From Eledone cirrhosa (lineage: Eukaryota): a DNA stretch of 64,000 bases. The DNA lies in NCBI GenBank assembly GCA_964016885.1, contig OZ024743.1, forward strand, positions 219,356,001 through 219,420,000, in the 5' to 3' direction. Below are positions 27,333-41,170 of this stretch, one piece after another (position 1 is the first letter of the stretch; every line of letters starts with the position of its first letter). Made by a program: the position numbers and the translations under genes. Under the pieces are notes generated by a model that was given only the letters and a program-made list of their open reading frames with translations, was not told where the DNA came from and ran no database searches.

Positions 27333-27649
27333 CAGCATTTCTCAACCCTTGTGGAAGGAACCCTTGAAATAGTTTTTATGTCTCAGGGAACTTTTGTCCG
27401 TCACACTTATATGTATATATATTTGTTGCTTGTTTCTGTGTTTTAAATAATATTAGAGGTTGAAGCCTTTATTATAATAACTAAGGATTTTCCAACAATA
27501 TGTTGTATGTGTATAAAAAATTACGAATATAAATTTAAACAAAAATTACTCAAAAATGTATTAGCTTATTTATCACTGTTTACCACAGAACACCTAGTGA
27601 CCTCTTGCGTAACCCTAGGGTTCTGGGGAACACCGGTTGAGAAACGCTG
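27333..27649. mobile_element. hAT-type MITE
   Basis: TIRs CAGCATTTCTCAACC / GGTTGAGAAACGCTG with a perfect 8-bp TSD GTCTATAT (27325-27332 and 27650-27657). Confidence 0.9.
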
Positions 27650-28239
27650 GTCTATATTGTCGTTGTAAACATTTGTATGACATGTATTTTACTAAATATT
27701 TCTCCCATAATTGAAATAAATAAGATTATCTACACATGACGATGCTTTGGGATTGCTGGCTTAAGATGACCCAGGCCTCGTTGAGCAAGAAGAAGAAGAA
27801 GAAGAAGAAGAAGAAGAAGAAGAAGAAGAAGAAGAAGAAGAAGAAGAAGAAGAAGAAGAACCTACAGATAATCACAAATCTACAGGCAACAGTCTCTGAT
27901 TGCCTTAGATTATGAGAGAAAATCACATTTATGCATTATTTGATATATCGTATTTGCTAGCCTATTGGACGCCCCTCTGGTTTTACAAGGACATTTTGCT
28001 TATATAAATTGTATTGTATAACAGTATTGTCCTACCCATGCTAACATGGGAGATGGACGTTAAACGATGATGATGATGATGATATTAGGATTACTAGTAA
28101 TGCAATACAATTTATATAAGTAAAATGTTATTGTATTCGATGCATTTAAAAAAAAAATCATTAAAAATCTAAATTATTAAAATCATGATTGTCTTTACCA
28201 CCCATCGGTGATACAGGCTTATTAGACGCAGGGAAGGTT

Positions 28240-28303
<64 letters not shown>

Positions 28304-29691
28304 AAAAAAAAGAAGCATCCAATAGGCTAGCAAATATAGTTTCTATGATTATATCACCTCCCATCAGTGATACAGGGTTATTGGACCTATGGAAGATTTA
28401 TAAATATATATATATATATATAATGTATAAAAATCAATACCCGAATGAGGCGAATACGAAAGAAACGTCTTCATTCGTTCGTCAGACGAGGCAATATAAA
28501 ACATGGGTAAATACTTGGAAAGTCTCATCAAGAAAAGCAAAAAAACAAAAAAAACAAAAAAGATATAGACAAATGAATTAGAATATGAAATATATAATAA
28601 TCTTTCAAGAAATATAGTTAGGTGTGTGTATATGTATGTATATACGCCCACAGATGTGCATATATGTGTATGCACATATGTATACGTATAGTGAAAAGTG
28701 TGCGTAAATATATAATTTAGGGCAAATGTATCTGTATGTCTGTAATCTACAGACAGAATAGATACATCATAAGAATATGAAGGTACGCGCATAAACACAC
28801 CTACACACACGTACACCTAGATGCGGAAGTAAAAGAGGCAAGGGAGTGTAATAATTAAAGGAAAGTATCAATCTCGATATATTTATAAAAATGGAACAAT
28901 AATTTAGAAAGAAAAAATTAAAGAAAAGAAGACAAAAAAGGTACATACATACACACACACACACGTATATCTCACAAAAGAAACGCAAAAATATACATGC
29001 TTATATACACACGCACACTTACACATCCATACGTTCGATACATACACACACACACACACACACACACATACTTACACTCACGCATATGGACCTGTTTGCA
29101 TGCACACGCATAAAAATGAGTAAGTAAAAAAAGGGGAGGAGAAGAAAAAGGGACAAAACATAAAACCTAGATGTAAAAACACGGATATAAAGACACATAC
29201 GCATACATATATATATATATATATATACACGCACGCGCGCGCACATACGTAGTCGCTCATGTACATATATAGAAAGTATACACACATTAAGGCGTTCAGC
29301 CACATTGATACAGGGTGTAAAAAACTTGTGGATAAGTAAGTACAAATATAAAATTATAAAATTGTAAGATTGGCTGCGCAAAAATAAAAAATAAAAATAA
29401 AAATAAAAAATATATCTGGAGTGGAAAACACAAATGACATGTATAATCAGTTAGTGAAGGAAATAGGGAAGTAAAAAATGGAAAGTGAAAATATTAGGTA
29501 AGTGAATCGGAGAATAAGGGGGGGGGGGGGTTATTGGTGGATGTGAAGTAAAAATAAAAAAATTATATATAAAAATAAAAATAAAAATAAAAATAAAAAT
29601 AAAAATAAAAATAAAAAATAAATGAAATTAATGATAAGGATAAAAATGAAAGTAAATCAGAAAGGGTAATTATAAAGAGAATAATAAGAGT

Positions 29692-30170
29692 TTATGGAGG
29701 ATAAGTATCTGAAAGTGTGTTAAGTTTATATGAGCTGGAAAGCAGGTGTGATTTCATGTGTGGGCAACTGGTGAAAATTTCCGTCTTTGTGTTCAGGCAG
29801 GTCTTTGGTAATTTTAGATTTTGCAATATCCAATATTTTTCATTTATGCAGAGCGTGCATTTTCTTGTTCCTCTAGCATATTCTTTAGATTGGTTCAAAA
29901 TTGACCAATCTAATTTATATTGGATGCCTTGGTCTTTCAAATCCCAAATTCTGCTAGCCAGAGCTGTTGTAAATCTTTTTTCTGGATGTCGAAAGGATGC
30001 GACATGTGAGTAATAACGCGTTTTGAATTTGTCTTGCGTCATACCCACATATCGTTCACTGGTGGCTGGATGGTTGTTGCTGATGGTTGTCAATTTAGCC
30101 GCATATACAATGGCTTTGGTGTTGCATTTACCTTGTAATGGGCATTCACTTTTGATTCTACAGGAGCAAG
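29692..30170 (-). pseudogene. Penelope-like GIY-YIG endonuclease, C-terminal fragment
   Basis: CSCRIKSECPLQGKCNTKAIVY...RYVGMT...KTRYYSH...IWDLK...CTLCINEK...LNTKTE...CPH*. Confidence 0.9.
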
Positions 30171-31278
30171 TTTGATTTTTATTTTTATTTTTATTTTTAT
30201 TTTTATTTTTATTTTTATATATAATTTTTTTATTTTTACTTCACATCCACCAATACCCCCCCCCCTTATTCTCCGATTCACTTACCTAATATTTTCACTT
30301 TCCATTTTTTACTTCCCTATTTCCTTCACTAACTGATTATACATGTCATTTGTGTTTTCCACTCCAGATATATTTTTTATTTTTATTTTTATTTTTTATT
30401 TTTGCGCAGCCAATCTTACAATTTTATAATTTTATATTTGTACTTACTTATCCACAAGTTTTTTACACCCTGTATCAATGTGGCTGAACGCCTTAATGTG
30501 TGTATACTTTCTATATATGTACATGAGCGACTACGTATGTGCGCGCGCGTGCGTGTATATATATATATGTATGCGTATGTGTATGTGTCTTTATATCCGT
30601 GTTTTTACATCTAGGTTTTATGTTTTGTCCCTTTTTCTTCTCCCCCCCTTTTTTTACTTACTCATTTTTATGCGTGTGCATGCAAACAGGTCAATATGCG
30701 TGAGTGTAAGTATGTGTGTGTGTGTGTATGTGTACGTATCGAACGTATGGATGTGTAAGTGTGCGTGTGTATATAAGCATGTATATTTTTGCGTTTCTTT
30801 TGTGAGATATACGTGTGTGTGTGTATGTATGTACCTTTTTTGTCTTCTTTTCTTTAATTTTTTCTTTCTAAATTATTGTTCCATTTTTATAAATATATCG
30901 AGATTGATACTTTCCTTTAATTATTACACTCCCTTACCTCTTTTACTTCCGCATCTAAGTGTACGTGTGTGTAGGTGTGTTTATGCGCGTACCTTCATAT
31001 TCTTATGATGTATCTATTCTGTCTGTAGATTACAGACATACAGATACATTTGCCCTAAATTATATATTTACGCACACTTTTCACTATACGTATACATATG
31101 TGCATACACATATATGCACATCTGTGAGCGTATATACATACATATACACACACCTAACTATATTTCTTGAAAGATTATTATATATTTCATATTCTAATTC
31201 ATTTGTCTATATCTTTTTTGTTTTTTTGTTTTTTTGCTTTTCTTGATGAGACTTTCCAAGTATTTACCCATGTTTTAT

Positions 31279-31356
31279 ATTGCCTCGTCTGACGAACGAA
31301 TGAAGACGTTTCTTTCGTATTCGCCTCATTCGGGAAACCTCTGGTAATGAGGTAAT
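31279..31356 (+). ncRNA. Type I hammerhead ribozyme in intron 1 (sense)
   Basis: Stem I ATTGCCTCGT/ATGAGGTAAT (10 bp including G-U); CTGACGA; stem II CGAATGA/TCATTCG; GAAA; stem III ACC/GGT; GUA cleavage triplet ending at 31346. The 10.1-11.1 pair is A/G (non-canonical). Confidence 0.75.
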
Positions 31357-31537
31357 TATATTGTATTGATTTTTATACATTAAATTTTGCTCTGATACTT
31401 ACATAGAGCACTCTTCACTTCTATGACCTTTTCTGTTTTCAACGGAAATTTCAATACCTATATATATATATATATATTTTTAAGTGCATGCAATAAAATG
31501 GCAAATACAGTATCTGTGAATGTATATTGCATTTCAG

Positions 31538-31855
31538 GGTCACATTGGATGTTTGAAATAGGGAATATGATATTAAAAGGAAGCAGTGAAAGAGTCCCCA
31601 TTCTAAAGGAAGACCTACTGTTAGACTGGGCACCAGTTGAACATCTGGCAGGAGCTGAATCACCCCGACTCTTGTGCACACATTTTTCAACTGATATTAT
31701 ACCACCAGAATTGCTAAAGGACCATAAAATTATATACGTGAGCCGGAACCCAAAGGCTTCGTTGGTGTCCTACTACAGACATTTGCAGGGGGCTAAGGTA
31801 GCTAAATACAATGGAGATTTCGCCAGCTATTTTGAACTTTTCATTAAAGGAGTAG
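31538..31855 (+). CDS. Sulfotransferase-fold gene, coding exon 2
   Basis: TTTCAG| acceptor; GSHWMFEI...SPRLLCTHF...KIIYVSRNPKASLVSYY...FIKGV; donor G|GTAAG. Confidence 0.92.
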
Positions 31856-31902
31856 GTAAGACTTCAAATTTACTACTACTACTACTACTAATACCACTAC
31901 CA

Positions 31903-31944
<42 letters not shown>

Positions 31945-32007
31945 TAAAATGAAAGTGCAAAGGAGAGACTTGTGAATATTCAAACTTTTCAGGTTATTTG
32001 TTAGGAC

Positions 32008-32554
32008 TGTAGTGACGTACATTCCGCGGGCTCACATACATTCTCTATGCGTGATTTGGCTCAGCTCGGCCAATCAGCACCAGGAGAAGAGGATGTATCC
32101 CTGCGCGCCCTGAGGGATTGTGGTGACCTACATTCCGCGGGCTCACATACATTCTCTGTGCGTGATTTGGCTCAGCTCAGCCAATCAGCGCCAGTAGAAG
32201 AGGATGTATCCCTACGCGTCCTGAGGGGAGAGATTTACCCGCGAAGATTTGAAGAATCTCTCTCTTGCAGCTTGACCATGCTAAGGTAAACACCACTTGT
32301 TCTTTTGCTCCGTAAGCACAAACAACATGTAACGACAAAACATTACTACGGACCTGGCCAAACGCCTCAGCCAGTCGACCGTACTTTCTCTTGTAATCTT
32401 AATTGAATTATTTCATTTCTCTTGGCATGCCAGCTTAATTCACTTCTTAACCTTTGTTAATAAATTATGTAAAAACAAGCTAAAGTCGTTGTAGATATAA
32501 ATATCATATCTTTCTACCAAAGGTGGTTCCTCGTGGCAACATTACAACTTCTAA
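32008..32554 (+). mobile_element. Solo LTR related to the LTRs of the 33077-35961 element, with an internal 111-bp duplication
   Basis: Starts TGTAGTGACGTACATTCCG, homologous to the minus-strand LTR starts at 33602 and 35961. The right end is approximate and no TSD was found. Confidence 0.7.
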
Positions 32555-33076
32555 ATATTTTTCTGCCAAAAGACTATTTAAGTATCACAATAGAGGTACA
32601 GCGTATATTCATTTGACCTCATTTATGTTTGTTAAAGTGTTAAATTTCAATTATCAAAGCTCTGGGGATTGTCTCTCTCTTACCAGCATTGGCAGTATAG
32701 TTAGAGCATCAGATAAAACACTTTGTACCATTTAGTTATATTCTGAGTTCAAATCCTGCCAATATCAACTTTGTCTTTCATTCTTCTGGGGTTGATATAA
32801 TAAAGTACCAGACATGTACATAATTGCTGGCCTTGTGCCTTGATATAAGAAACAATTATTCCATTAATAGTTAACTCAATAAAATGATATACATTTGCAT
32901 GGAAAAATAGATGTTAAACGTGGTTGGTGTTAGGAAGAGCATCCAGCCGCAGAAAACCTGCCAGATAGTCCTATATGAGCGAGAGACGGTCACCCAACCA
33001 ATCTTGCCTCAAGTAGGAGAATTCCCGTCTAAACCCATGCTAGCGTAGAAGATAGATGCTAAACGATGGTGATGAT

Positions 33077-35961
33077 TTAGAAGAGGTTATTTAGTAGATG
33101 TTTGTGTTGAGAATGTGTGTATTTGTGTATTGTATCACGGAAGTCACCATTGAAGATGTTTAAAGCAATGTTGTGGAAAATAGCATCTTACGACTTTATA
33201 ATTGTTTATATATAAATTTATTTAAAGATTACAAAGGTTAGAAGAATGCCTCTTGAGAGGATAGTTAATGTTATCAATAAAAAAGTTATAAAGGTTTAAA
33301 TGGCATGCCAAGAGAAATTATTAATTAAGAGTTTAAGAAGGTACGGTCAACTGGCGGAGGCGTTAGCCAGACCCGTAGTGATATCTGTTGCTACATATTG
33401 TCTATGCTTGAGGAACGAAAGTAAGAGATGTTTACTGTCACAGTGTCGAGCTGCAAAAGAGAGAGAGTTTCGAATCGCTGTGGGAATCCCCCCTCTGGGC
33501 AGAAGTCGAGATACATTCTCCTACGCTGGCGGCGATTGGCTGAACTGAGCCAAACAACGCACGGAGAATGTATCCATGAGCCCTCGGAATGTAGGTCACT
33601 ACAATACCCCCTATCTAGTCTGCAAGACGATATATAAAATTGAATCAGCAGGAAAAATTCTGAAAGAGAGCACATCAGTGAAAAAATTGAACAAAAGAAT
33701 GCATGCAAGAAGAAAAATGAGGCCGTGTTGAGCCGCTGTGTCAAATGACTAGCTGTTTTGCTATTTATGCGTGACCCGGGGTCTAACAGAAAACGGATAA
33801 AGTCTGACATGGGAAAAGTTGCTGTTCTTGCATTAAATGTTAGCTGTTATGGTAAGTGTTGTACCAGAGCTGTGGATGAAGCTGTTATGGTAGTTTACCA
33901 GTAGCTGTTGTCAATGATGGTGCTGTTCATGCTTTACCAGAGCTGTATAGCTGTTATGGTAAGTGTTATACCAGAGCTGTTATGGTAAATGTTATACCAG
34001 AGTTGTATAGCTGGAGCTGTTATGGTAAGTGTTGTAGAAGAGCTGGCAAGAAGATGATGGGTAGGCGAGAAATTGTCGGCCTCCCAGATGAATTGCCGGA
34101 AGTGCTAGGCAGCCAGGAAAAAATGGCTAGTTGCTTTGAAAAGAAAAAAAAGCAAGTTGAATCTGTAGGTGGATAGTAGTTGAAGCGGTAATTCCATAAT
34201 TCTGGCGAATCCATAGGAGAAATGGTGGAAATGCTGACAGGTTCAGTTCCATTTGTTGTTTTCCCAGTGAGTCGGGTAAAGTAACAAGATGGAGGTTGTT
34301 ATGCTATAGGACGATGAGTGTGCAACGAGATGCGAAGCTGTTTGAATCCAGCTGCAATTAGCATTCTCGTGTTGCGGTGCCTGTTTGAGTCCAGGTGAAT
34401 TAAGCTGCATGTGTCGACAGCATGTTTTGGTACCTCCACCAGGTGAAAAGGGATCTCGCAGAATATTACAACGTTTGAAGATCATATACTATAGACAACA
34501 ACATGTTGGTGTGTGACAAAGAAATGTGTGTGCATATGCAGGCATATAATACAGCAAAGAAAATGTGAGCGTGCAGTCGTATATACAATGATAGAAAAAA
34601 CAAATGAATTTTCATATTATACAATTTTAAAGAAATAAATGTCCAAACATTGCCTGTAAAAAAAGAAAGAAAGAATTGTTTTTTAACAAAAAGTTCAATT
34701 TTTCTTTTCCTTGAAATTTCTTTGAGATAAGAATATTATCGCTCTTACTAGGAAGCTAGTAGAATTGTTGTTGTTGTTGCTATCGAAGCGAAGTCACAGT
34801 AAATCTTCAGTAGAATCGAAGTCGAGCGTTGAAGAGCTTAGAGTCACCAATATGCAAGTCACGTCTGACGCCATAGTGTGGCTGTGAGTTTGAATCATGT
34901 CGGACGTTAGAAACATCGATGAATCGTGAAGTTTTGTACAGCAGTAAAGATTTGCAAGCGTCGAATTCACCATAATGTGGTGAGAAGGCTGTTGTTTTAA
35001 TTCTCAAGTCACCGTTTGTAGCGAAACAGTGAGAAGTTGTAGCGCTTATAATGACAGAGACGATAGAATAGGTCAAACATAGAAGTAAACAATATGAGGT
35101 GTGGTGGTTTGTGTCGGTAAGGCTATAAAGCTGCCACATAGTTATTCCATTGTTTGTGGTTAACCCATGTTGTCGCTGCTGCTGTTGATATTGCAGGAAG
35201 CCGTATTGAAAGAAAAATGTTTTTGTGCTACAATTTTAAAAATACAGCTAATTTTTCTTTTCAAAGAATATTGTCTAGGCGGGTTCATGGAAGTTAAACC
35301 ACGTGTTGTGTTATCAACAAGAAATGTTTTACATGGTGTTGATACAAAGCAATACAAGAAAGCTTGCGTGTTGTTCTTTTTAAAAAAAATTACTTTTATT
35401 TTTTTTTAAAGGAACATTAGTTCCCACGGCTGGGTCACCAATTTAAAAGAGGTTATTTAGTAGATGTTTGTGTTGAGTATTTGTGTATTGTATCACGGAA
35501 GTCACCATTGAAGATGTTTAAAGCAATGTTGTGGAAAATAGCATCTTACGACTTTATAATTGCTTATATATAAATTTATTTAAAGATTACAAAAGTTAGA
35601 AGAATGCCTCTTGAGAGGATAGTTAATGTTATCAATAAAAAGGTTATAAAGGTTTAAATGGCATGCCAAGAGAAATTATTAATTAAGAGCTTAAGAAGGT
35701 ACGGTTAACTGGCTGAGGCGTTAGCCAGACCGGTAGTGATATCTGTTGCTACATATTGTCTATGCTTGAGGAACGAAAGTAAGAGATGTTTACTGTCACA
35801 GTGTCGAGCTGCAAAAGAGAGAGAGTTTCGAATCGCTGTGGGAATCCCCCCTCTGGGCAGAAGTCGAGATACATTCTCCTACGCTGGCGGCGATTGGCTG
35901 AACTGAGCCAAACAACGCACGGAGAATGTATCCATGAGCCCTCGGAATGGAGGTCACTACA
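33077..35961 (-). mobile_element. Non-autonomous LTR retrotransposon in intron 2
   Basis: LTRs 33077-33602 and 35443-35961; tRNA-Trp-like PBS TGGTGACCCAGCCGTG (35440 downward); PPT GATAGGGGG before the 3' LTR; 5-bp TSD ATGAT (33072-33076 and 35962-35966); no pol. Confidence 0.85.
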
Positions 35962-36009
35962 ATGATGATTATGATAATATTTTTTAATTATCATTATTTT
36001 AAATTTCAG

Positions 36010-36107
36010 TTCCTTATGATGACTACTTTAAATACACACAAGAAATTTATGCTCTGACTAAAGACAATCCAAATGGTTTCATCATAACTTATGAAGAAAT
36101 GAAACAG
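36010..36107 (+). CDS. Sulfotransferase-fold gene, coding exon 3
   Basis: TTTCAG| acceptor; (V)PYDDYFKYTQEIYALTKDNPNGFIITYEEMKQ; donor CAG|GTAAAT. YEEMK matches SULT YEDMK. Confidence 0.9.
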
Positions 36108-37081
36108 GTAAATGTGTAGTGAAGTGGATGTTTTTGGTTATGTAGTGATAGAAAGGATTGGTTTGAGTTTGTTGTTCATTTGAGCATGGTAGAGGTTGTA
36201 GGAGTAAAGTTGTTGACTTGATGGGTGATTATGCATAAGGTAAACATTTTACCATATATAAGTGCTGTGTGAAATGCTAATGAATGAACAAATAAAACAT
36301 GATTGCTACTAAAATATATTTATTAAGTTAATAGCCTCCTGTGAGGCTATCGTGGACAATGTAATGAAATCAAGGCTTATGTTGTGATATATGCATGTGT
36401 GCAATGATTCAAAAGATGGTATTTGCTGTACTTCTGTAATGAGATGATGGTTGTTTGTCTGGCAGTGAGAGAGAGACCCATAGGGGTCTGTGTGAGATTT
36501 TTTTTACTACATCTTAAATCATTTCTACAACTCCTTAGTTTGACTCTGAAAGCTGGCTATTTATTTTAGTAATAGATAACAGAAAATGTTCTTTTTTTCG
36601 CTTCCATCATGGAAATTTAACTATTGTCTTCCATGCGAAGTCACAGGTAACTGATTTGGTGGTAGTGTGATAGTGTGAAAGAAAAACCCTATTCAAGGGA
36701 GTATGAAATTACTGCTACAAATATATATCCAATCCAGAGCCTTCTCACTCATGTTGGAGGAATCCTTTCCTAGTTGACCTTCACCACTTTCTGTTTGGTT
36801 TTGGTCATGTAACTGGTGTAGTTGTACTCACATATATACATTCATACATACAAGAAGAAGAAGACCCAAGTACAGAACTGGCGCTTTATTTATCAATCCC
36901 AAAAAGATGAAAGGCAAAGTTGACCTCAGTGGGATTTGAACTCAAATAACAATGAACTGGAACAAATATGCCCTAACTACTCTACCAATTTGTTCATATT
37001 ATGTATAGAAAATCATTTATCTTGTGATGAGAAAATTTATGTTAGACTTTATAATTTGGCTTCAAAATTTCTTTTTAACAG

Positions 37082-37259
37082 GATTTAGTCAAGGCAGTAT
37101 TACATGTTGCCAAATTCTTGGAGAAACCAGTTACTAATGATCTTGCTGAAAGGATAGCTGATATGTGTACATTTGATAAAATGACATCTCAGAAACCAGT
37201 GTTTGGTTCATATCTCCCCAAAGATATAATAAAACGTGATGCTACTTTCTACCATAATG
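37082..37259 (+). CDS. Sulfotransferase-fold gene, coding exon 4
   Basis: TTTTTAACAG| acceptor; DLVKAVLHVAKFLEKPVTNDLAERIADMCTFDKMTSQK...ATFYHN(G); donor G|GTAAGT. Confidence 0.9.
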
Positions 37260-37450
37260 GTAAGTATATCGAAATTTTGTTTATTTCCTTTCCGTAGTTT
37301 AGTTTTAATAGAGTCTGTCACCTTCCCCCTTCCCCCTTTCTTTCTTTCTTTCTTTCTTTCTTTTGTATCTTAATAATCCTTGCCATTTCCCTCTTTTTCT
37401 TCTCATTGGAAGATGGACGTTAAACGATGATGATGATGGTGATGATGATT

Positions 37451-37496
<46 letters not shown>

Positions 37497-37508
37497 TATA
37501 TATATATA

Positions 37509-37579
<71 letters not shown>

Positions 37580-37589
37580 ATATATATAT

Positions 37590-39812
37590 ACGAAAGGCTT
37601 CTAAATGAGGAGAACAAATGGGAGAAAGACAGTCTCCCCCACACCGACCCAATAGAGGGACCAGCAGTGTTAGTCGAAGGTAGTATAATAAGTAAGACAA
37701 TCAAAGATATGAAGACGGGTAAGGCGGCTGGGCCTTCGGAAATAGTTGCTGAGATGCTGAAAGCCTCTGGAACGGTGGGACACACCATGGTCACCCGGAT
37801 AGTAAACCAAGTCATACAGAATGGGGTTGTTCCGAAGGACTGGCATAGCAGCATCATCATTAACTGTTACAAAGGTAAAGGAGATGCCCTAGATAGGTGT
37901 AACTATAGAGGCATTAAATTAATCGACCAGGTCATGAAGGTCACGGAAAAAGTAATAGCGCAACTAATCAGAGAGAGAATTGATCTAGATGAAATGCAGT
38001 TCGGGTTTGTGTCAGGCAAAAGTACCACAGACGCTCTTTTCATTGTACGACAACTACAGGAGAAGTACCTAGCTAAAAGTAAACCTCTATACTTAGCTTT
38101 TGTTGACTTGGAGAAAGCCTTCGACAGAGTCCCCCGTTCCATTATCTGGTGGGCTCTTAGAAAACTAGGTGTTGACGAATGGCTTGTGAGAGCTATACAA
38201 GCCATGTATAAAGAAACAGTCAGCAAGGTTAAAATTAACAACGAATATAGTGAAGAGTTTAGCGTAAAAGTTGGTGTCCATCAGGGCTCTGTTCTTAGCC
38301 CCTACTATTTATTATTGCCCTTCAGGCTATATCAGAGGAGTTCAAGACCGGCTGCCCATGGGAACTCCTATACGCAGATGATCTAACGCTCATAGCTGAA
38401 TCAATGACCGAACTAGAGAAGAAATTCCAAACATGGAAGCACGGCCTAGAATCAAAAGGCCTTAAAATTAACCTGGCTAAGACTAAAGTTCTAGTTTGTA
38501 GGAAAGAAAATAAGGCGGCGGTCCCTTCCGGGAAATGGCCATGCTCAGTGTGTAGGAAAGGCGTAGGTAGAAACTCCATTTTATGTCCCAAATGCAAAGT
38601 ATGGGTGCATAAAAGATGTAGTGGGATCACAGGTAAGCTAACTAAGAACACAGATTTTACATGTGGCCGGTGCTCTGGTGCAATAAGTAGCAGCAAGTGC
38701 CCACAAAATACTAGCTCTTTCAATTGCGCAGAGGGTTCTATAGAAATAGTGGACAGCTTCCGTTACCTGGGTGACAAAATCAGCAGTGGGGGAGGGTGCT
38801 CCGAAAGTACAGTAGCTAGAGTCAGAACTGGATGGAAAAAGTTCAGAGAGCTTATACCACTATTAGCCGCTAAAGGGTTCTCCCTAAAAATGAAAGGCAG
38901 GTTATACGATGCCTGCATACGAACAGCAATGCTGCATGGCAGTGAGACATGGGCATTGTGTGCAGAGGATATACGCAGACTAGAGAGGAACGAAGCTTGC
39001 ATGCTCCGCTGGATGTGCAATACTAATATACGTGAACGGCTAAGCATAAACGATCTAAGGAAAAAATTAGAAATAAGAGGGATCAGATGTTGTTTACTCG
39101 AGAGAAGGCTACGTTGGTATGGTCACGTGATGCGCATGAAAGACGACAGCTGTATAACAAAGTGCAGGGCAATAAAGATAGACGGTAGCCACGGAGTAGG
39201 CAGACCCAGAAAAACCTGGGACGACTTGATAAATTCCGACCTCACACGCTTACACCTCTCCAAGACAATGTCACTGGACCGAGACCTTTGGCGGTACTCA
39301 GTAATAGAGAAGACCCGCCTTACCTAAATACAAAGTAAAACCTACTACAGTCAGTAGGCATCTCTATCAAAATACACCCCGTCCCACCACCCCCACCCCA
39401 TCCACACCGCCCCTTTCAATGTAAAGTTATGTTGGTGCCACAACATCCAGGCCGAAACAAATGAGATCGTGTAGGTGTCACGACAAAAAAACACACAGTC
39501 CACGCTGTAAATGTGGCCGTGTAGGCAACACGGTAAAAACCTCCCAGACCCACACTGTAAATGTGGTTGGTGTTAGGAAGGGCATCCAGCTGTAGAAAAC
39601 CCGCCAGACAGTCCACGCTGTAAATGTGGCCATGTAGGCAACACGGTAAAAATCTCCCAGCCCCACACTGTAAATGTGGTTGGTGTTAGGAAGGGCATCC
39701 AACTGTAGAAAACCCGCCAGACAGTCCTATGCGAGCAAGACAATCACTCTTGCCTCAAGTGGGAAAACCCCCGTCCAAACCCATGCAAGCGTGGAACACG
39801 GACGCTAAACCT

Positions 39813-39843
<31 letters not shown>

Positions 39844-39845
39844 AT
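37590..39845 (+). mobile_element. 5'-truncated RTE LINE in intron 4
   Basis: RT ORFs 37667-38386 and 38404-39327 (one frameshift), 3' UTR with a duplicated segment of about 114 bp, (GAT)n tail. Confidence 0.95.
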
Positions 39846-41082
39846 ATATACAGTATATATGAATATGTAACAAAGAGGGTGTGGTAAGATACCAGGTGGA
39901 CCATAATGCACCAGAGTACTGGAAACCTATTGTGGTCATTTTGCTATTAATTCTTAAACAGATGGAAAATATCTATCATGACCTTAGAAAATAACAAGCT
40001 GGTAAGGGTGGGGAAAGGGTGGGTGACTGTGTCACCATAATACAACCCACAAGTTACAACAAGATATAGATTCTACATCAGCAGTAATTAGTGAAGTTAC
40101 TCTAGTTCCAACATGACAAATGATGAGAGGCAGAAGTAAATTCCAGTCATTGTGAAGACATATAAGATGGAATTGGTCAATAATAAATTGTTTCTACTTT
40201 TGGCACAAGGCCAGCAATTACCCAGTGTATTACTGGTACTTTATTTTATCGACCCTGTAAGGATGAAAGGCAAAGTTAACCTTGGTGGGATTTTAACTCA
40301 GAGTGGCAAGGGCCGTAACTCTATGCGTCAAAGCATGGCGTCCGACCCTCTACCGATACTGCCAATCCACCGCCCTTATTATTGGTCAATAAATAATGTT
40401 TGTTCCTTCATAGGTACCAGCAAGTATTCTCAGTACCATCCATATTTACAATTATATCTTTCCATTCTCACTGTACCAAACCTACCAACATTCCAATGAT
40501 GTTAGGACAATGTTCAGGAATTTTATACAATGTTGTTCGGAGTATTGTATTTCATCATCATCATCACAAATATCTCCGTCTAACAGGATATGAGGCTTGG
40601 GTTAAAGTAGCTCATTAATGATTGGGTGGGGGGTAATATCAAATAATTATCTCTATTGTGTCCGCTGGAGCCGCAGGTGGGCCCTCATTTACTTATAATA
40701 GTGAGAGATGGGGAGAAGGGAAGAGACGGAGGCAAAGACAGTGGGAGTTTGGTTCCTTTGTGTTCGGACCTAGTGTATATGTATATCTTTCTAATAGCTA
40801 TGTATAGCTTACTTATCTAAAACTACAGCAAGAAAATATCACTTCTAGAACCATCTCTGCAGCTTTCATCACAAACAAACCCCCATCATCACCAGCCTCA
40901 CCATTATATATGGATGCATGCATTTCACCTACGCTATAATTCCAGTATTTATTTATTTGTGTACTATTTTTGTACTTATGGTGGTCAATTTTTGTACCCC
41001 CCCCCCCCCGTTCTTGCTTTCTTTGTATTCCCACTGCATTTTAAGTTACCTTAAATAGCAACTACACAGCCATTTCTATTCT

Positions 41083-41113
<31 letters not shown>

Positions 41114-41170
41114 GCCTCTAATACGTGCGTGTGTGCATATATATATAACTATTTAAAAATTATTTTACAG

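Larger units (their letters stand above)
28420..31382 (-). mobile_element. 5'-truncated, 5'-inverted Penelope-like element with about 1.2-kb inverted arms
   Basis: Arms at about 28420-29612 and 30175-31382 are reverse complements and flank a GIY-YIG ORF fragment; the arm carries a hammerhead. Confidence 0.85.
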
